Below are positions 1 through 13,429 of a stretch of 59,923 nt of DNA, one piece after another (position 1 is the first letter of the stretch; each line of letters starts with the position of its first letter). Source of the DNA: Octopus bimaculoides (lineage: Eukaryota); the NCBI RefSeq assembly GCF_001194135.2, contig NC_068992.1, forward strand, positions 16,212,311-16,272,233, written 5' to 3'. Under the pieces are notes generated by a model that saw only the letters and a list, made by a program, of their open reading frames with translations, was not told the origin of the DNA and did no database searches. The translations under genes were made by a program, and so were the position numbers.

Positions 1-662
1 ATATATATATATATATATACAGACATTTGCGCGTGAGTTTGAGTGTGTGTGTGTGTTTGTATGTGTGCGTGTGCTTGTGTCTTTGCTCCATGTTTATATA
101 TGTATACACAGATATATATATATACGCGCTTATGTAGTACAAAGCGAGCATTATTTTCTAAAATAATATTTTATTTTCAAAATATTATTTAAACAATCAA
201 CTACAAACAATATAATAATTTCCGGGTCACAGAAAATACCAAACCAAAAGCTTTTGCTGGTACGCTTTGATACGCTATGTTGTCATACAAAGTCACGGCT
301 CTAAGTACAATATATTCCTGTTTTAATTGTTTCAATTTTCTGATCGACCAATTATGATATGGGCCATCTATACTGGCGTCAGTTTGGTGAATAGAGTCAA
401 AATATATTGATCTCGGCGTTCTGTACATTAAGAAATTCAATGTGAAAGACTCTAGTGAAAACGTTCACTTTTATCTATCAAAACAAACGAAAATCACAAC
501 ACACATTGTGACAGGACGGTGAAATCTAATATGAGCTAATTTTCTTAAGTGTAAGTGGCAATCGTTGAACCAATAACGAAAAATAACAAAATATTAAGCA
601 ATCAATAACATTATACTTACATACAAACATATGTGTATTGCAAGGAGGATGTGTGCATCTGA

Positions 663-664
<2 letters not shown>

Positions 665-726
<62 letters not shown>

Positions 727-756
727 ATATATATATATATATATATATACAGACAT

Positions 757-790
<34 letters not shown>

Positions 791-845
791 GTGTGTATAT
801 GTGTATAAATATATATATATATAACTACTTATATATATATATATG
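665..845. repeat. Compound (TA)n/(TG)n/(CA)n microsatellite
   Basis: Direct inspection; explains the ORFs at 526-909. Confidence 0.95.
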
Positions 846-1259
846 TTCTGAACATACACACAAACACAGACACGCAGAGGCACACATACTCACATATGTT
901 TATATGTAAATACATGCATACATAACTATAGTTGTTTAACACCCACATGCATATATGCGAGTGTATCTATACGCGTGCGTGTCCTTGAAGTTACAAAGAA
1001 AAGATATATATATATATATANNNNNNNNNNNNNNNNNNNNNNNNNTATATATACACGTAAAAATAAATGATCATATGAAAGAGGAGAGAGGGAATGTAAA
1101 GTATGAGACACAAAACGTTACGCGTTAGAGGCGGAGAGAGGTATACCTATATAAGTTCATATTGACTTACGTAAATATATTGATCGCCCTCCTACATATT
1201 TTGTTTCTGATTTTGTGACTTTTGAGTCATATGTATATATATATATATATATATGCATA

Positions 1260-1480
1260 TTTCTTTATTGCCCACAGGGCCTACATATAGATGGGGAAAA
1301 CATGGTCAGACAAGGGGATTAAGTCGATTACATCGACACCAGTACGTAACTGGTACTTAATTTATCGACCCCGAAAGGATGAAAGGCAAAGTCGACCTCG
1401 GAAGTATTTGAACTCAGAACGTAACGGCAGACGAAATACCGCTAGGCATTTCGCCCAGCGTGCTAACGTTTCCGTCAGCT
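1260..1480 (-). mobile_element. tRNA-derived SINE, family B (head ggcggcgagctggcagaa; central gccgaggtcgactttgcctttcatcctttcggggtcgataaa, Meta-domain-like)
   Basis: Reverse complement matches the plus-strand copies at 7417 and 50090; superfamily label from memory, unverified. Confidence 0.88.
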
Positions 1481-1709
1481 CAATAGTAAAAGTAAAACAT
1501 TATCTAAACTAATGTTTTTTTCTTTCCTAATTCTTAACGAAGCATTTCCCTCTCCGATCATTCTCCGCCTGAAGCATTTGTAAGGTCAATGCCGTGACAT
1601 ATTGTGTGCGTGTTGGGATTTTAGAAAACTTTTTCCAGCTCTAATCGAATCTGGTTTACACCAAAGAGACCAATGGTGATATAAAAATGATAATACATGA
1701 AAAGAATAC

Positions 1710-1710
<1 letters not shown>

Positions 1711-1761
<51 letters not shown>

Positions 1762-1886
1762 GAACAACAACAACAACAACAACAATAATAATAATAATAA
1801 TAATAATAGTAAGAAGAAGAAGTAGAAGAAGAAGAAGAAGAAGAAGAAGAAGAAGAAGAAGAAGAAGAAAAGAAGAAGGAGAAGAA
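1711..1886. repeat. Compound trinucleotide array (AAT)n-(AAC)n-(AAT)n-(AAG)n
   Basis: Direct inspection. Confidence 0.97.
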
Positions 1887-1914
1887 ATAGAAGAACAACA
1901 AAACACCAAGGAGC

Positions 1915-2050
1915 GTGAGTACTTAATAAGTCCATATTTTATCGACACTGAACTGCTGAAAAACGATGGTATTTCGGCAGGATGTGAACTGACACATTGA
2001 AACCAGAGACGAATGTTGCAAGTTATTCAATGTGAAGTTCTTACGATCGT
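1915..2050 (-). mobile_element. Highly decayed family B SINE
   Basis: ttttatcgacac...ttcggcaggatgtgaact...gacgaatgttgcaag resembles the family B core and head. Confidence 0.4.
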
Positions 2051-2321
2051 GAATGACCCTGTAACCGAAGTTTCAACTCTTTAGATAGTTGTTCAAGAGT
2101 ATCACAGAATGGTTTGAGAGATAATAGAGAATTAAGCATTTAGGGCGATGCGTTTAATATCCCAATATTCTGTCTAGCCATCCATACCCAGTCATATATG
2201 TGCTTTTATTATTGGATGTAAGAGCTTCATCAGATAACAATAACATTCGCAATGGATTGTGGGATTCCATCAGAAGCGCTGAAATAAAAAGAATGCATTA
2301 AAATTCATTGTTATAGACGCA

Positions 2322-2671
2322 TTGTTGTTGGCACTCTGTCGCTTACGACGATCAACGGAACACCCTGCTCGTGAAATTAACGTGCAAGTGGCTGAGCACT
2401 CCACAGACACGTAGTTCTCGGGTATATTCAGTGTGACACAGTGTGACAAGTCTGACCCTTTGAATTACAGGCACAACAGAAACAGGAAGTAAGAGTGAGA
2501 GAAAGTTGTGGTGAAAGAGTACAGCAGGGTTCGCCACCATCCTCTGCCGGGGCCTCGTGGAGCTTTAGGTGTTTTCGCTCAATAAACATTCACAACGCCC
2601 GGTCTGGGGATCGAAACCGCGATCCTATGACCGCGAGTCAGCTGCCCTAACCACTAGGCCATTGCGCCTCC
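2322..2671 (-). mobile_element. tRNA-derived SINE, family A (head ggaggcgcaatggcccagtggttagggcagc), near full length
   Basis: Collinear with the 9082-9460 and 51642-52020 copies; A-box and B-box-like motifs; probably one of the published Octopus OR/OK SINE families (assignment unverified). Confidence 0.93.
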
Positions 2672-3635
2672 AATATAGACACAACATACTAGTATTTCTA
2701 CATTCTAGTGCAGAAATGGGGCCTCACTATCCTTTACCTCTTACATCAATATTTGTATATATCATTGTGCAACAAACATGGAAAAGGCCTAAAGTCATCG
2801 TGTGATCTGCTGCAAATAACAATCGAACTATTTCAAATCACTCTGTAACTGTTAAAGCAACATTTAATATAGGTATTTATCATTGTAGTCCTCGACACTT
2901 TATTACACAAATCCAAGGACGATCATCGTATTTTGAGCATGGAATTATCCTTGATTTGAGAATAAATGATATAAACAGAAAACGCTGAGCTGTAATGGTG
3001 CTTGCAAGATACTATCAAGGGAAGACTATTGAATTTTCAATGTCTGTGTCGTTTTCTTCATAATAAAACATCAGTTTACAAAATCTGCCATTCGTGACTG
3101 GGGATATTAAGAGTAAATTGTCTCAGTTTCTTCCGTAACCTACACGAAACTTTTATGGCGGTAAACAGTAATGCGTACATATCATTTTTACATGCAAGAA
3201 GTGGACATCTACTTCGAAATTTTTACCGAGCAACCTTCGTTAGCGTAAGGAAGTTACTACACCGGAGTTTTAAAGTAAATCTACGCTTTTCTGAAAGCAT
3301 AAAATAATAAAACAGATGGGGTACTCTACTGAAATGTACTCTACATTGTTGCGTGTGTACATGTGTGTATGTATGTGTGTGTGCGTGTGTATATATGAAT
3401 GGGTAACGCTCGTCTTTTGAGCATAGTGTGTCTTTTGACTCAATAATTAGACCCCATCTTTGTAGCTTTATTTGCTTCAAAATCCATATATATATATTAA
3501 TGCAAATCTCCTCATACAGATTTAATAATCCTTAACTTCTGCTATTAAGGGATACATTGAATTTTGCCTGAAACAGCTGTAAAACATTCTACATAAAATA
3601 TAAATTTGTTTATACCATTGGTCTCTTTATCTCAT

Positions 3636-3640
<5 letters not shown>

Positions 3641-3677
<37 letters not shown>

Positions 3678-3728
3678 GTGGGTGTGTGTGTGTGTGTGTG
3701 TGTGCGTGTATGTATGTTTGTATGTATG

Positions 3729-3782
<54 letters not shown>

Positions 3783-3830
3783 TGCATATATATATATGTG
3801 TGTGTATGTATGTACGTATGTACTTATGCA
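3641..3830. repeat. Compound (TA)n/(TG)n/(TATG)n microsatellite
   Basis: Direct inspection. Confidence 0.95.
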
Positions 3831-6800
3831 CGCATTTATGTAGACACGTATCTTGATGCATAAATAGAATAAGCGCCAAGTGCTTAATGAGTGTATGATT
3901 GATAGCATAATAACTGAAAGAAAAATAGAATAAAAACAAAAGACTCATATAATCAATAACAACTTACAAATGGCCGCTCATGCACTTCACGCCTATTTGT
4001 AACGTAATCTTATCACGTGGTCACCAAAGAAACTGTAATTTTTACCTCCGTATTTCAAAAGCCTTTAGATTCTAAATATACACAGATTGGCGATAGTAGA
4101 TCAAAGGGATTTCATTTCATTGATCTTTTTCTCTCTTCACGTACTTTTCCTCTATGTGTGAAATTGTGCATCTCATTGTCCTGGAAACGCAATGCCCATT
4201 GCTGGAGGCATTGTTAATGTGTCTACTAAAATCTTGTTCAGTTGTGTATGGTTATATATGATGATGGATTATTTGAAGAGGACGTAAGAGGTTATACAAC
4301 CGCATCAATAAAACTATCCATAAAATTAGATGGGAAGAAAGCAAACTATGTACAGTGAGAGTGTTCTGTTTTTTTCTTCTTACTCTCAATGTATATAAAT
4401 GTGCATTTGAGAGAGTATGTGTGTGTGTGAGTATGCCTGTGAGTACATGTGTGTTAGTACTTGTGTGTGAGTATGTGTCTGTAATCATGTGTGTGAGTAT
4501 GTGTGTGCTTGTGTGTATATGTGTCGGTACATAGAGGAATATACATAGAGATGCATTAGTACAGATATATATATGTATATATATACATATATATAGGCGT
4601 ACATGCTATGCTATGCATACGTCTACACATGTCTGGTTGTGTTTGTGTGTGTATGTTAGAATGGGAATCAGAGAGTGTGTATGTGTGTGTTTCTCGGATA
4701 ACTTTAAGGCCTAGAACTGTACGGGAAGGGATTGTGAATTCCCTTGAACTTAGTACTTCATTGCTGCTTCAAATTATCGAACCTCGTGGGAGGAGAGACG
4801 TCGTTGACAACGACGGTATTCGATTTCGAGACATAAACAGCCAGAACAAATACTACAGAACAATCGTTCAATTGGTTCAACGATGTGTTACATTTTACTG
4901 CCTTAATATATAAACATACGTACAAAACAAATATATATTGTTGATCTTACCATCAGGGAAGTGTGCACTATATACATACATACATACATAAATACATAGG
5001 GACAGACAAATAGATAGATATTCATACATAAACACCCCTCACACACACTCACAAATATATATATATTTCTGTATGCTATGTATGTATGTTGTATATTCTT
5101 GTATGTTGTGCGTGCGTTTGCTATTTAATATAGACCTCTGACAGATATATTTGTGAGAAAAAATCAATATTCAAGCTCCCACCAGTGCGCGAAATTATTT
5201 GCCTTTTCTAAGATCGCAACTAGCTGACTGTAAAAATGGATTTCAAATTGTGGTCATAGATATAGTTAGTCTTCCTCATTTCCGCATATTTCAAAGCTTT
5301 TCTTTCAATTCACTTTCCGATACAATGTAAATCATCGTTTGTATTAAACCTATTTTCTCATGATATTAAATCCATTATAAAATACTTATTTCACATGGCA
5401 AATTTTTTCGCTCGATACACTTTCTCTAGAGACATATTTGACCAACAAAGCTTATACAAGTTAACGTTCACCATATGAACTCATGCGATTGAAAATAATT
5501 GAAATCTGACGAGGAACATTGTTCATATTCTTTTTTTTTAGCTTTTTAGAACACATTATTGAAAATGTTTTCCATGTGTTCTGAAAGTCAGGAATGAGAT
5601 GTTTCTTTAAATACTTAGCTATTACACGCAGGGTGCCACAGGTAGCTCAACTGAATCGGTACAACATATATATATATATATATGTTTTTTTTCATTTCAG
5701 AATTAATGCAACTACAACGCGAAATATTCTTCAGTATGTTAGGATTTTTTGTCAGCATATACAGAAACGAATCTAATTATTGAAAACCAACCCAATTAGG
5801 CGTTTGACATTTTAGCTCCGCAGCATATATGAGAACAGCGTGATTACTAACTTCTAAGATGTTATTTTAGTGAGGTTGTATGAATAGTCATAGACTAGAT
5901 AGCTTAAATATCACAGGACTTTTAGTGGGTAGACTACTGATGTTATTAAACTGTATTTAAAGAAACGAATAGGAATATATATCGTTGATTAAACTATATA
6001 AGACATTGATAATTGAGCATTTAATGGAGCAATAAAGTAAGAGAAATGTAACACATTATATAAGATATAAGTAATATGACTCACCTAATATATGCATCCA
6101 CCAAAATAATTCACCGAAGTAATTGGTTTTGAGATCAATAAAAGCACAACGAGATGAATGTGTAATCCTGAAAAGAAACAAAATAAACTGAATTTTCTTT
6201 AACTAAGAGAAAAAACAAAACTGATATAAGTTAAATAAATTTTGTATATGAAACTAATGTTAAGATTATTTAACTATAAAAGAAAAAAGAATATACTGCT
6301 CTCTGTACCATCGGTCATTCAGTTAGGGATAAACATGAATTTAGAAAAGGAATAAAAGGCATTTGATGTGGTATACAAGGAATATACGTAATGGTAGAAT
6401 GAAGATGCAATTATCAAACATTGGTAAGTTGCTTTAATGCTTCTGGAGTGATGCTATAAAAAATATCGGCGGGCATGTGAATTTAATGGAACAGCTATTA
6501 ACTTTTAATAAAATTTGAAATTATACTATGCGTAACTCTGCTCTTTAATACATCCAGTATGATCTTATGAATGTGTGTAATACATGGACTGTTCTCTCAT
6601 CAGTCAATGATAGAGAGTCTCATACCAAATGTTATTCTCTCTCTGAGTCGTTTGTTTTGTTGCTAATTAAGAACGAGTTAAGAATTACTTGCAATCACAC
6701 AAGCACCCAACACATCCCATGCTGGGATGAAGACGTCTAAAGCAATCTTATGAACTGATTTCGAGTTATGTTCTTAAACACAGAACAGATGAAAGACAAC

Positions 6801-7416
6801 GTGGACTTCTGCAGTGATGGAACTCATAATTGAAAGGAATGTGATAAACACCAAAGTAGTTTTAGCTTGACACTATTCCTTCTATAATTCAACTTCCTTT
6901 AGGCAAGAAGGATATTAATCGTAGAAAATACGAAATTACTTCAAAGGCAACTGAAAACTATATTTCCATTCAATCGATAACAACTAGAGAAACCTTCAAC
7001 TAAAGAATTATCACCAAATTAACTGTGTTGGTTTCTCTTGTCATGTTTCGTACTTTCTATTTTATTTTGTCCTTTTTTTACCTTTTATCTGTTACCTGAA
7101 ACCTTACAGCTATATCATTTACGGTCAATTAGGCTAGTTTCAATTAATCCATATTCCACGTGAAATAGGTTGTAGAAGACTCTAGATTTTAATTTAAGAA
7201 GACCTGTAATAACAAAAGCTTAAAGTAAAACACAAATATAACTATTTCAACGTTTGATTGCGACACCTTGTGATGTATTCTACATTGATTATACATGTTT
7301 CGCATCATACAACTTTTCTCTAATCTTTGAATTTCATATACACGAAATCCATTGTAATATTTAAAGTTCTATAATGCATCCAAATGAACGAAGTGTAGAT
7401 ATCAGTAGTTGAGATA

Positions 7417-7628
7417 GGCGGCGAGCTGGCAGAATCGTTAGCACGCCGGGCAAAGCGTTTTGCGGCATCTCGTCCGGCTTTACGTTCTGAGTTCAAATTC
7501 TGCCGAGGTCGACTTTGCTTTCATCCTTTCGATCTCGATAAAATAAGTACCAGTTGCGTACAGGGATCGATGTAATCGTTCCACCACATCCCTCGAACTT
7601 TTTGGCCTTGTGCCCAAATTTGAAAACG
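7417..7628 (+). mobile_element. Family B SINE, full length
   Basis: ggcggcgagctggcagaatcgttagc head, gagttcaaattc B-box-like motif, gccgaggtcgactttgc core, ggccttgtgcccaaatttgaaa tail. Confidence 0.92.
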
Positions 7629-8679
7629 ATACTTATAACTTAGTATAGAACAAGCTAGAAAACAATAAATAATCAAAATAGTCAAAGTAAATCATCTGAT
7701 TTCGAGAAGCAATTAACATCCTTAGGGAAAAATTAGAACCAAACCCGTTCATCTGACCTGCAATTTATATATGCTGCACCTAGCTAAAGGGAAAATAAAT
7801 ATTGATCTCATTTTAAGATCCCGCAATATTCCGGTATTGTTTCATGTATTTCTTTTGGAGGAGCGATGCATATAAAATGGGACATTAAAACTGCAGAAAT
7901 ATCTGTATTTGAATTTGTCGAGCAACAAGTAAGCAGAAATAGAAACCTAGTCCTCGTTGTATCACTAAGCATTCACTTCTTGCGTGAAAGAGTATTACTT
8001 GGTAACATACTATGGTCTAGGTTTCTCTTAGTTTCAGAGGCGTTGCATACAGAGAGACATCTTGAGACAGCAGAATATCTCGTGAAACAGATGGAGTGGA
8101 GAACGGTTTACCAACACCTGGATTGACATTGCACCCGCAGTGGTAACTCGTGCAACTGTAATTAAATACATTCCTCCAAGACATTTTGTCCATCATATAT
8201 ANNNNNNNNNNNNNNNNNNNNNNNNNNNNNNNNNNNNNNNNNNNNNNNNNNNNNNNNNNNNNNNNNNNNNNNNNNNNNNNNNNNNNNNNNNNNNNNNNNN
8301 NNNNNNNNNNNNNNNNNNNNNNNNNNNNNNNNNNNNNNNNNNNNNNNNNNNNNNNNNNNNNNNNNNNNNNNNNNNNNNNNNNNNNNNNNNNNNNNNNNNN
8401 NNNNNNNNNNNNNNNNNNNNNNNNNNNNNNNNNNNNNNNNNNNNNNNNNNNNNNNNNNNNNNNNNNNNNNNNNNNNNNNNNNNNNNNNNNNNNNNNNNNN
8501 NNNNNNNNNNNNNNNNNNNNNNNNNNNNNNNNNNNNNNNNNNNNNNNNNNNNNNNNNNNNNNNNNNNNNNNNNNNNNNNNNNNNNNNNNNNNNNNNNNNN
8601 NNNNNNNNNNNNNNNNNNNNNNNNNNNNNNNNNNNNNNNNNNNNNNNNGCTACTGTGTATATATATATGCGTATTCCAC

Positions 8680-8850
8680 ACACCACTCGACATCTTGTGT
8701 TGTTTTATTTACATCACCGTAACTTAGTAGTGCGGCAAAAAAGATACATAAAACACGAAGTTTAAATCGGATAAATACCGGGATAAATTTTTTGTGATGA
8801 AACCCTTGAAATCGGTGTCCGTACGGTGGCTCAGTCAAATGTAGGAAATA
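8680..8850 (+). mobile_element. Decayed 3' tail of a family C SINE
   Basis: tttacatcaccgtaacttagtagtgcggcaaaa resembles the reverse complement of the 20885-21100 tail. Confidence 0.4.
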
Positions 8851-8887
8851 AGTGAAATTATAATAGCAGAGCATAGGAAATAGAGAT

Positions 8888-8968
8888 AGAGAGAGATGGT
8901 GTGAGAGAGAGATGGTGTGAGAGAGAGATGGTGTGAGAGAGAGATGGTGTGAGAGAGAGAGAGAGAGT
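8888..8968. repeat. 16-bp tandem repeat (gagagagagatggtgt) x4 in a GA tract
   Basis: Direct inspection. Confidence 0.9.
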
Positions 8969-9081
8969 GACAGTTGGGAATAAGGGAGTTTGAACTAAAT
9001 TGGAAGAAAGGAGAGAAGTATTGTGTTGTCTGGATTTAGTGATAATTTCTCTTTTTACGTAAAGCGATGTAAAGCAATAGT

Positions 9082-9460
9082 GGAGGCGCAATGGCCCAGT
9101 GGTTAGGGCAGCGGACTCGCGGTCATAGGATCGCGGTTTCGATTCCCTGACCGGGCGTTGTGAGTGTTTATTGAGCGGAAACACCTAAAGCTCCACGAGG
9201 CTCCGGCAGGGGATGGTGGCGAACCCTGCTGTACTCTTTCACCACAACTTTCTCTCACCCTTACTTCCTGTTTCTGTTGTGCCTGTATTTCAAAGGGTCA
9301 GCCTTGTCACACTGTGTCACGCTGAATATCCACGAGAACTACGTTAAGGGTACACGTGTCTGTGGAGTGCTCAGCCACTTGCACGTTAATTTCACGAGCA
9401 GCCTGTTCCGTTGATCGGATCAACTGGAACCCTCGTCGTCGTAACCGACGGAGTGCCAAG
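9082..9460 (+). mobile_element. Family A SINE, full length, young
   Basis: A box tggcccagtgg, B-box-like ggtttcgattccc, 3' end gtcgtcgtaaccgacggagtgcca. Confidence 0.95.
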
Positions 9461-10214
9461 CAACCAACATGTAAATTAATGTCACTAAATAGAAAAAAAA
9501 AACATCAATCATCCTGTACAAGCGAATGATCACCAGTTTAAACGTTGTTTATTCCATAGGCGTTAGCTATATGAGTGACACTGTCTTGCTATTTGCTCTA
9601 ATGAATTTTTAAGGAAAGATCTCTATGCAACTTAACATACGAAGTCTATCTGTGTTAATTTTCTATCTAACTGCGTTCCAGTGATATCCTAAAGGCCATA
9701 AAAACGCGGCGAAACAATTTCAGCGGAAAATTCTACCAGTAGTTACAATTTTGGAAAATGCTAAAGTATGCTTAAAGGAAATTACGAAAGCTCTCAATAA
9801 TTGCAATAAAATAAATGGCGCCATGTTTTTCATGCTGTTACTGCAATCTCAATTTGTTGATTGATAAACTAAACTGTTCGCCAAGCTAATTACGTAGTCA
9901 GTTTATTTGTTTCAAGACAGCATTATTCAGATAATAAATGTAAGTTATTTCGAACCAATAGAATTATTGATAGATGGTAAGTATTTCTAACTTGAATTTT
10001 CAAAAGAACTTCCCTGATATGTCACTCGACAAATGTCATATGATAAACTGTGTTCAGGTGTTATACATTTCAGTTCATATTTTTCATATTTTTCTTCCTA
10101 GCTTCGAAACGAACGATAAGTTCATTTTAGTAATTGACACTCTCATTTCAGAGAATTGAATAATCAAACACACTATATACTGACACACAATTTTTCCATT
10201 TTATTTTCGCTATT

Positions 10215-10860
10215 AAACATCCCCGCGACACCATTCGTATTTACAATGGGGACACGAAAAATACGATGAAAATCTAGAGTTACTCATGGTCGGTGAATTT
10301 TTAATAAAAATGCGAAGGGGGTTTATCAATGCAAAAATCAATATCCACCGGAATAATCACACTTCCTGATTTTTTAATGTTAAAAATCTTCCTGACAGCC
10401 GTTTTTATAATCCCTAAAACTATCGTAACCTTTGATCAAGATGTCTGGCCTTGAAGAGAGAACAGCCAAAGAGACGGACAGACGTACAGACAGACGAACA
10501 AAACGCCCATTATAGAAACATAGCAAATCTGCCCATCTACGATGGGAAATAAAGGGATAGTATCGCAAATCTAAACTCTCTAAATTCACGAACTATATGG
10601 AGGTGGGGTGGAATCCAGAGTTAATTCTCGTCGCCGGCGTTTTAGCAAAAAAAGGTGATTTATTAATACAAAACTTAATATCCCCTAAATAATCATACAT
10701 TTTCACATTTTTTTTTTGCTAAAAGTCTTCCTAGTTACCTCCTTCGTAATCTAGAAAACCATCGTGGCCATCGGTCCAGCCGTTTGACCATGAAGTGGGA
10801 ATGCACGGACAGGCGGAGAGACGAGCAGACAGACGGACATAACGGCCATTGTAGTAAGAT
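10215..10860 (+). mobile_element. Two diverged tandem units (about 340 bp period) of a Helentron/HINE-like non-autonomous element with GGAC/GACA microsatellite
   Basis: tttttt..taaaa.tcttcct...aaaac.atcgt...gacggacagacg...acg.ccatt.tag occurs at about 10375-10525 and again at about 10710-10860; the GACA tract just before the 3' end is typical of HINE/DINE-1-like elements (class assignment is inference). Confidence 0.45.
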
Positions 10861-12289
10861 GTGTGCATGCATGTAATTATTCAGCTTTATTTCAAGATTT
10901 CTTGCCAATAGAGAAACAACCGGTTTCTAACCTAAATGCAAGGCTCCTTCATTGGAATTTCAACATCAAAAGGATATTTTTGTATGTATGTATGTATGTA
11001 TGTATGTATGTATGCATGTATGTATGTATGTATGTGTATATATGTATATATATATATGTGTGTGTGTGTATGTGCATGTGTGTGCGCGCGCGCGAGCTAG
11101 TGTGTACGTTTGTGGTTATAGTTATACACACAGACACTCACATACTTACATAGGCCCCCCCACACACCTTATCCTTTCATGAGAAAGGAATGTAGTGCAA
11201 ATCACTCTTTACTCTTTTTCAAAAACTGGTGAGGTGAAGGGTGGAAGATTTTTTTCAAATCTCGTTAAAAGCTCGCAATGTGCCAGAAGTGTTTTTAAAC
11301 CAAAGGAAATATTAAGTTCTCGGCCAAAGACGAGAAAATCTGCATTTGAACTACGAAAGCAGAGAACAAAGTCAAACACCGCATCTGTTCCAGATCGTCT
11401 GAACACATACCGCTGGACTTTGTATCCGAGGCTAGACCACTTCGTCTAATTCGCAAACGCTAAATATGCAGAGGTAAAGAGCAATGAAATATCAGTGCAT
11501 CCGGTGTCACAATGATAATTTGCATTATATGCAAATGTATTTAAAGCAACAACACCGAATGGACAATTATCGTGCGCAAAAGAATTAGCTCTTGTTTAAA
11601 ATATATCTATTTGATATAGCTTTGCTCTATCAATTACAATGTTGTTATCTCTGTAATATTGCACAAATGTTAAATAGAAGGTAATGTCTTTCCTGTACCT
11701 ATAACATTTTCAATTTTGCTCACAACAAAGGCGGGGAAAGGATATTCTGAAGGACATAAAACAGCAGCAAATCTAATTTAATAGGAAAATGTATTTGTTT
11801 TTATGATTTCAAAACAATGTGGAGTGAAGCTTAAACCAAATTAAGAAACTTGGCAATGTTTAGGATAAAATAAGTGTCGACTTGTTCTACACGTCGTAAT
11901 GTCTGTTAGACTTTGTTGATTGATCAATTATTCATGCAGCTAATTAGCAAGTACGTTTATCTTTAACAAGACAGTATTATTCACATAAAACTGGCAGTTG
12001 TTCCGAAACAATAGATTACTGATACAATGTGAGATCTTTTGCTTTGAGGTGTTAATGAATTCTAATTCTGATTCTGCTTCTACAAATATCAGTCTAAGAC
12101 GATAATTTTGTTTTGTTACCGTTTTCTTTTTGAATGCTTAAAACCTGCGTAGAGTGGATATGCGTGAGCACGTATACATACACGCATACACATCACTGCA
12201 TCACCGTATTTATCAGATTATCAGGTGTTGGTCACAACGAACTTTTGATTCTTTCTTAATTGCACCATTGTTTTCCATCTCAGGAGAAG

Positions 12290-12515
12290 TCGTTTAGCTA
12301 AATCGTCTTCTCATTGTGGTGGAAGCCTTCCGAGTCTCCTTTCCCGATATCTTGGCTACTACTGGGCAGCCATGAGTCATGTGACCTACTTGGCCCAGCT
12401 GAGCTTGTTTAAGTATTTATCGGTTACGTCATTCTTTCAATTCCATTCTCGAATTAACTCATTCCCGATATGAATCGTGATGAACTCCCTATCATGGATC
12501 TTTCCATAGCCAAGT
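12290..12515 (-). mobile_element. Decayed RTE-clade LINE, 3' end of ORF2
   Basis: Frameshifted translation AMERSMIG / HIGNELIREWN / LSWA..GHM / KRRLGRLPPQ*EDDLAK parallels the RTE C-terminal pattern AMERAMLG..RIRNEEIR..WAGH..KR.RGRPP.RW.DDL. Confidence 0.75.
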
Positions 12516-12581
12516 AAAACGTAAGCTACTACGGAGAACATCGAATGGCTACAGGATGTATGCATACATGCATACATGATG

Positions 12582-12690
12582 CATACATACACAACACGCA
12601 CACAGCATACACACACAACACGCACACAGCATACACACACAACACGCACACAGCATACACAGACAACACGCACACAGCATACACACACAC
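12582..12690. repeat. 24-bp minisatellite (catacacacacaacacgcacacag) x4.5
   Basis: Direct inspection. Confidence 0.92.
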
Positions 12691-13097
12691 TCACTGTAAA
12701 TTAGTAACAAGCGGCAAAACCTAAAATTATGTACACATTTAATATCATTCGAATAACGCTCAGGGAAAGAAGAACGGTTAAAGAGTAAATGTGAAACGTT
12801 TCGGATATAGTCCGTCATCGGAAGTCATTTAATAGTAATCCACACAAGTGCCTTAACGCTCGACTCGCTGCAACGCAGGCAGAAGCATATGTTTAGAAGT
12901 CTTTTGGATGAATTATAGCAGTAAGTGATCGATTCAACCTTGTCAAGTAGCATCATGCTGTTTCTACTTTTATAATACCGAGCATTCCATACGCTAGACG
13001 CTAATTCGTCCAGCTACAAGGTGGTGCTCAGCATGGCTGTAGTCTCATGAGGGGAAAAAAATGAAAGATAGAAGATAAAAGTATTTTGAACTCATAG

Positions 13098-13265
13098 CGG
13101 CACAGACGTGGCAGTGTGGTATGAGTTTTGCTTCCCAATCACATGGTACTGGGTTTAGTCCTACTACGAGACACCTTGGACAAATATCTTCTACTATAGC
13201 CTCGGACCGACCAAAGCCTTATGCGTGAGTTTAGTAGACAGAAAATGAAAGAAGCCCATTGTGTA
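13098..13265 (+). mobile_element. tRNA-derived SINE, family C (CORE-like caccttgggcaagtgtctt), 5' half
   Basis: Collinear with the 30979-31145 and 53537-53700 copies; followed by a CATA/TA microsatellite. Confidence 0.88.
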
Positions 13266-13282
13266 CATACATACATGCATAC

Positions 13283-13326
<44 letters not shown>

Positions 13327-13379
13327 GAGAATATACAAAAAATAACAACAGACGAGGACAGGTGGTGTAAATAACAAAA

Positions 13380-13425
<46 letters not shown>

Positions 13426-13429
13426 TTTT

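Noticed and set aside
201-440. 79-aa minus-strand ORF with an acceptor-like site
   Set aside because: No homology recognised; the length is within chance expectation.
6784-6833. DNVDFCSDGTHN, resembling a calcium-binding EGF start
   Set aside because: A stop sits where the next Cys is needed and there are no further EGF cysteines.
9082-9160. tRNA-like sequences at the SINE heads
   Set aside because: They continue into repeated SINE bodies and lack a full cloverleaf with acceptor stem, so they are not tRNA genes.
11195-11480. Overlapping ORFs and exon-like signals on both strands
   Set aside because: No recognisable motif, and the competing interpretations cannot be separated without data.
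12582-12690. Regularly spaced repeats as a possible CRISPR array
   Set aside because: Contiguous minisatellite with no unique spacers, in a eukaryotic context with no cas genes.
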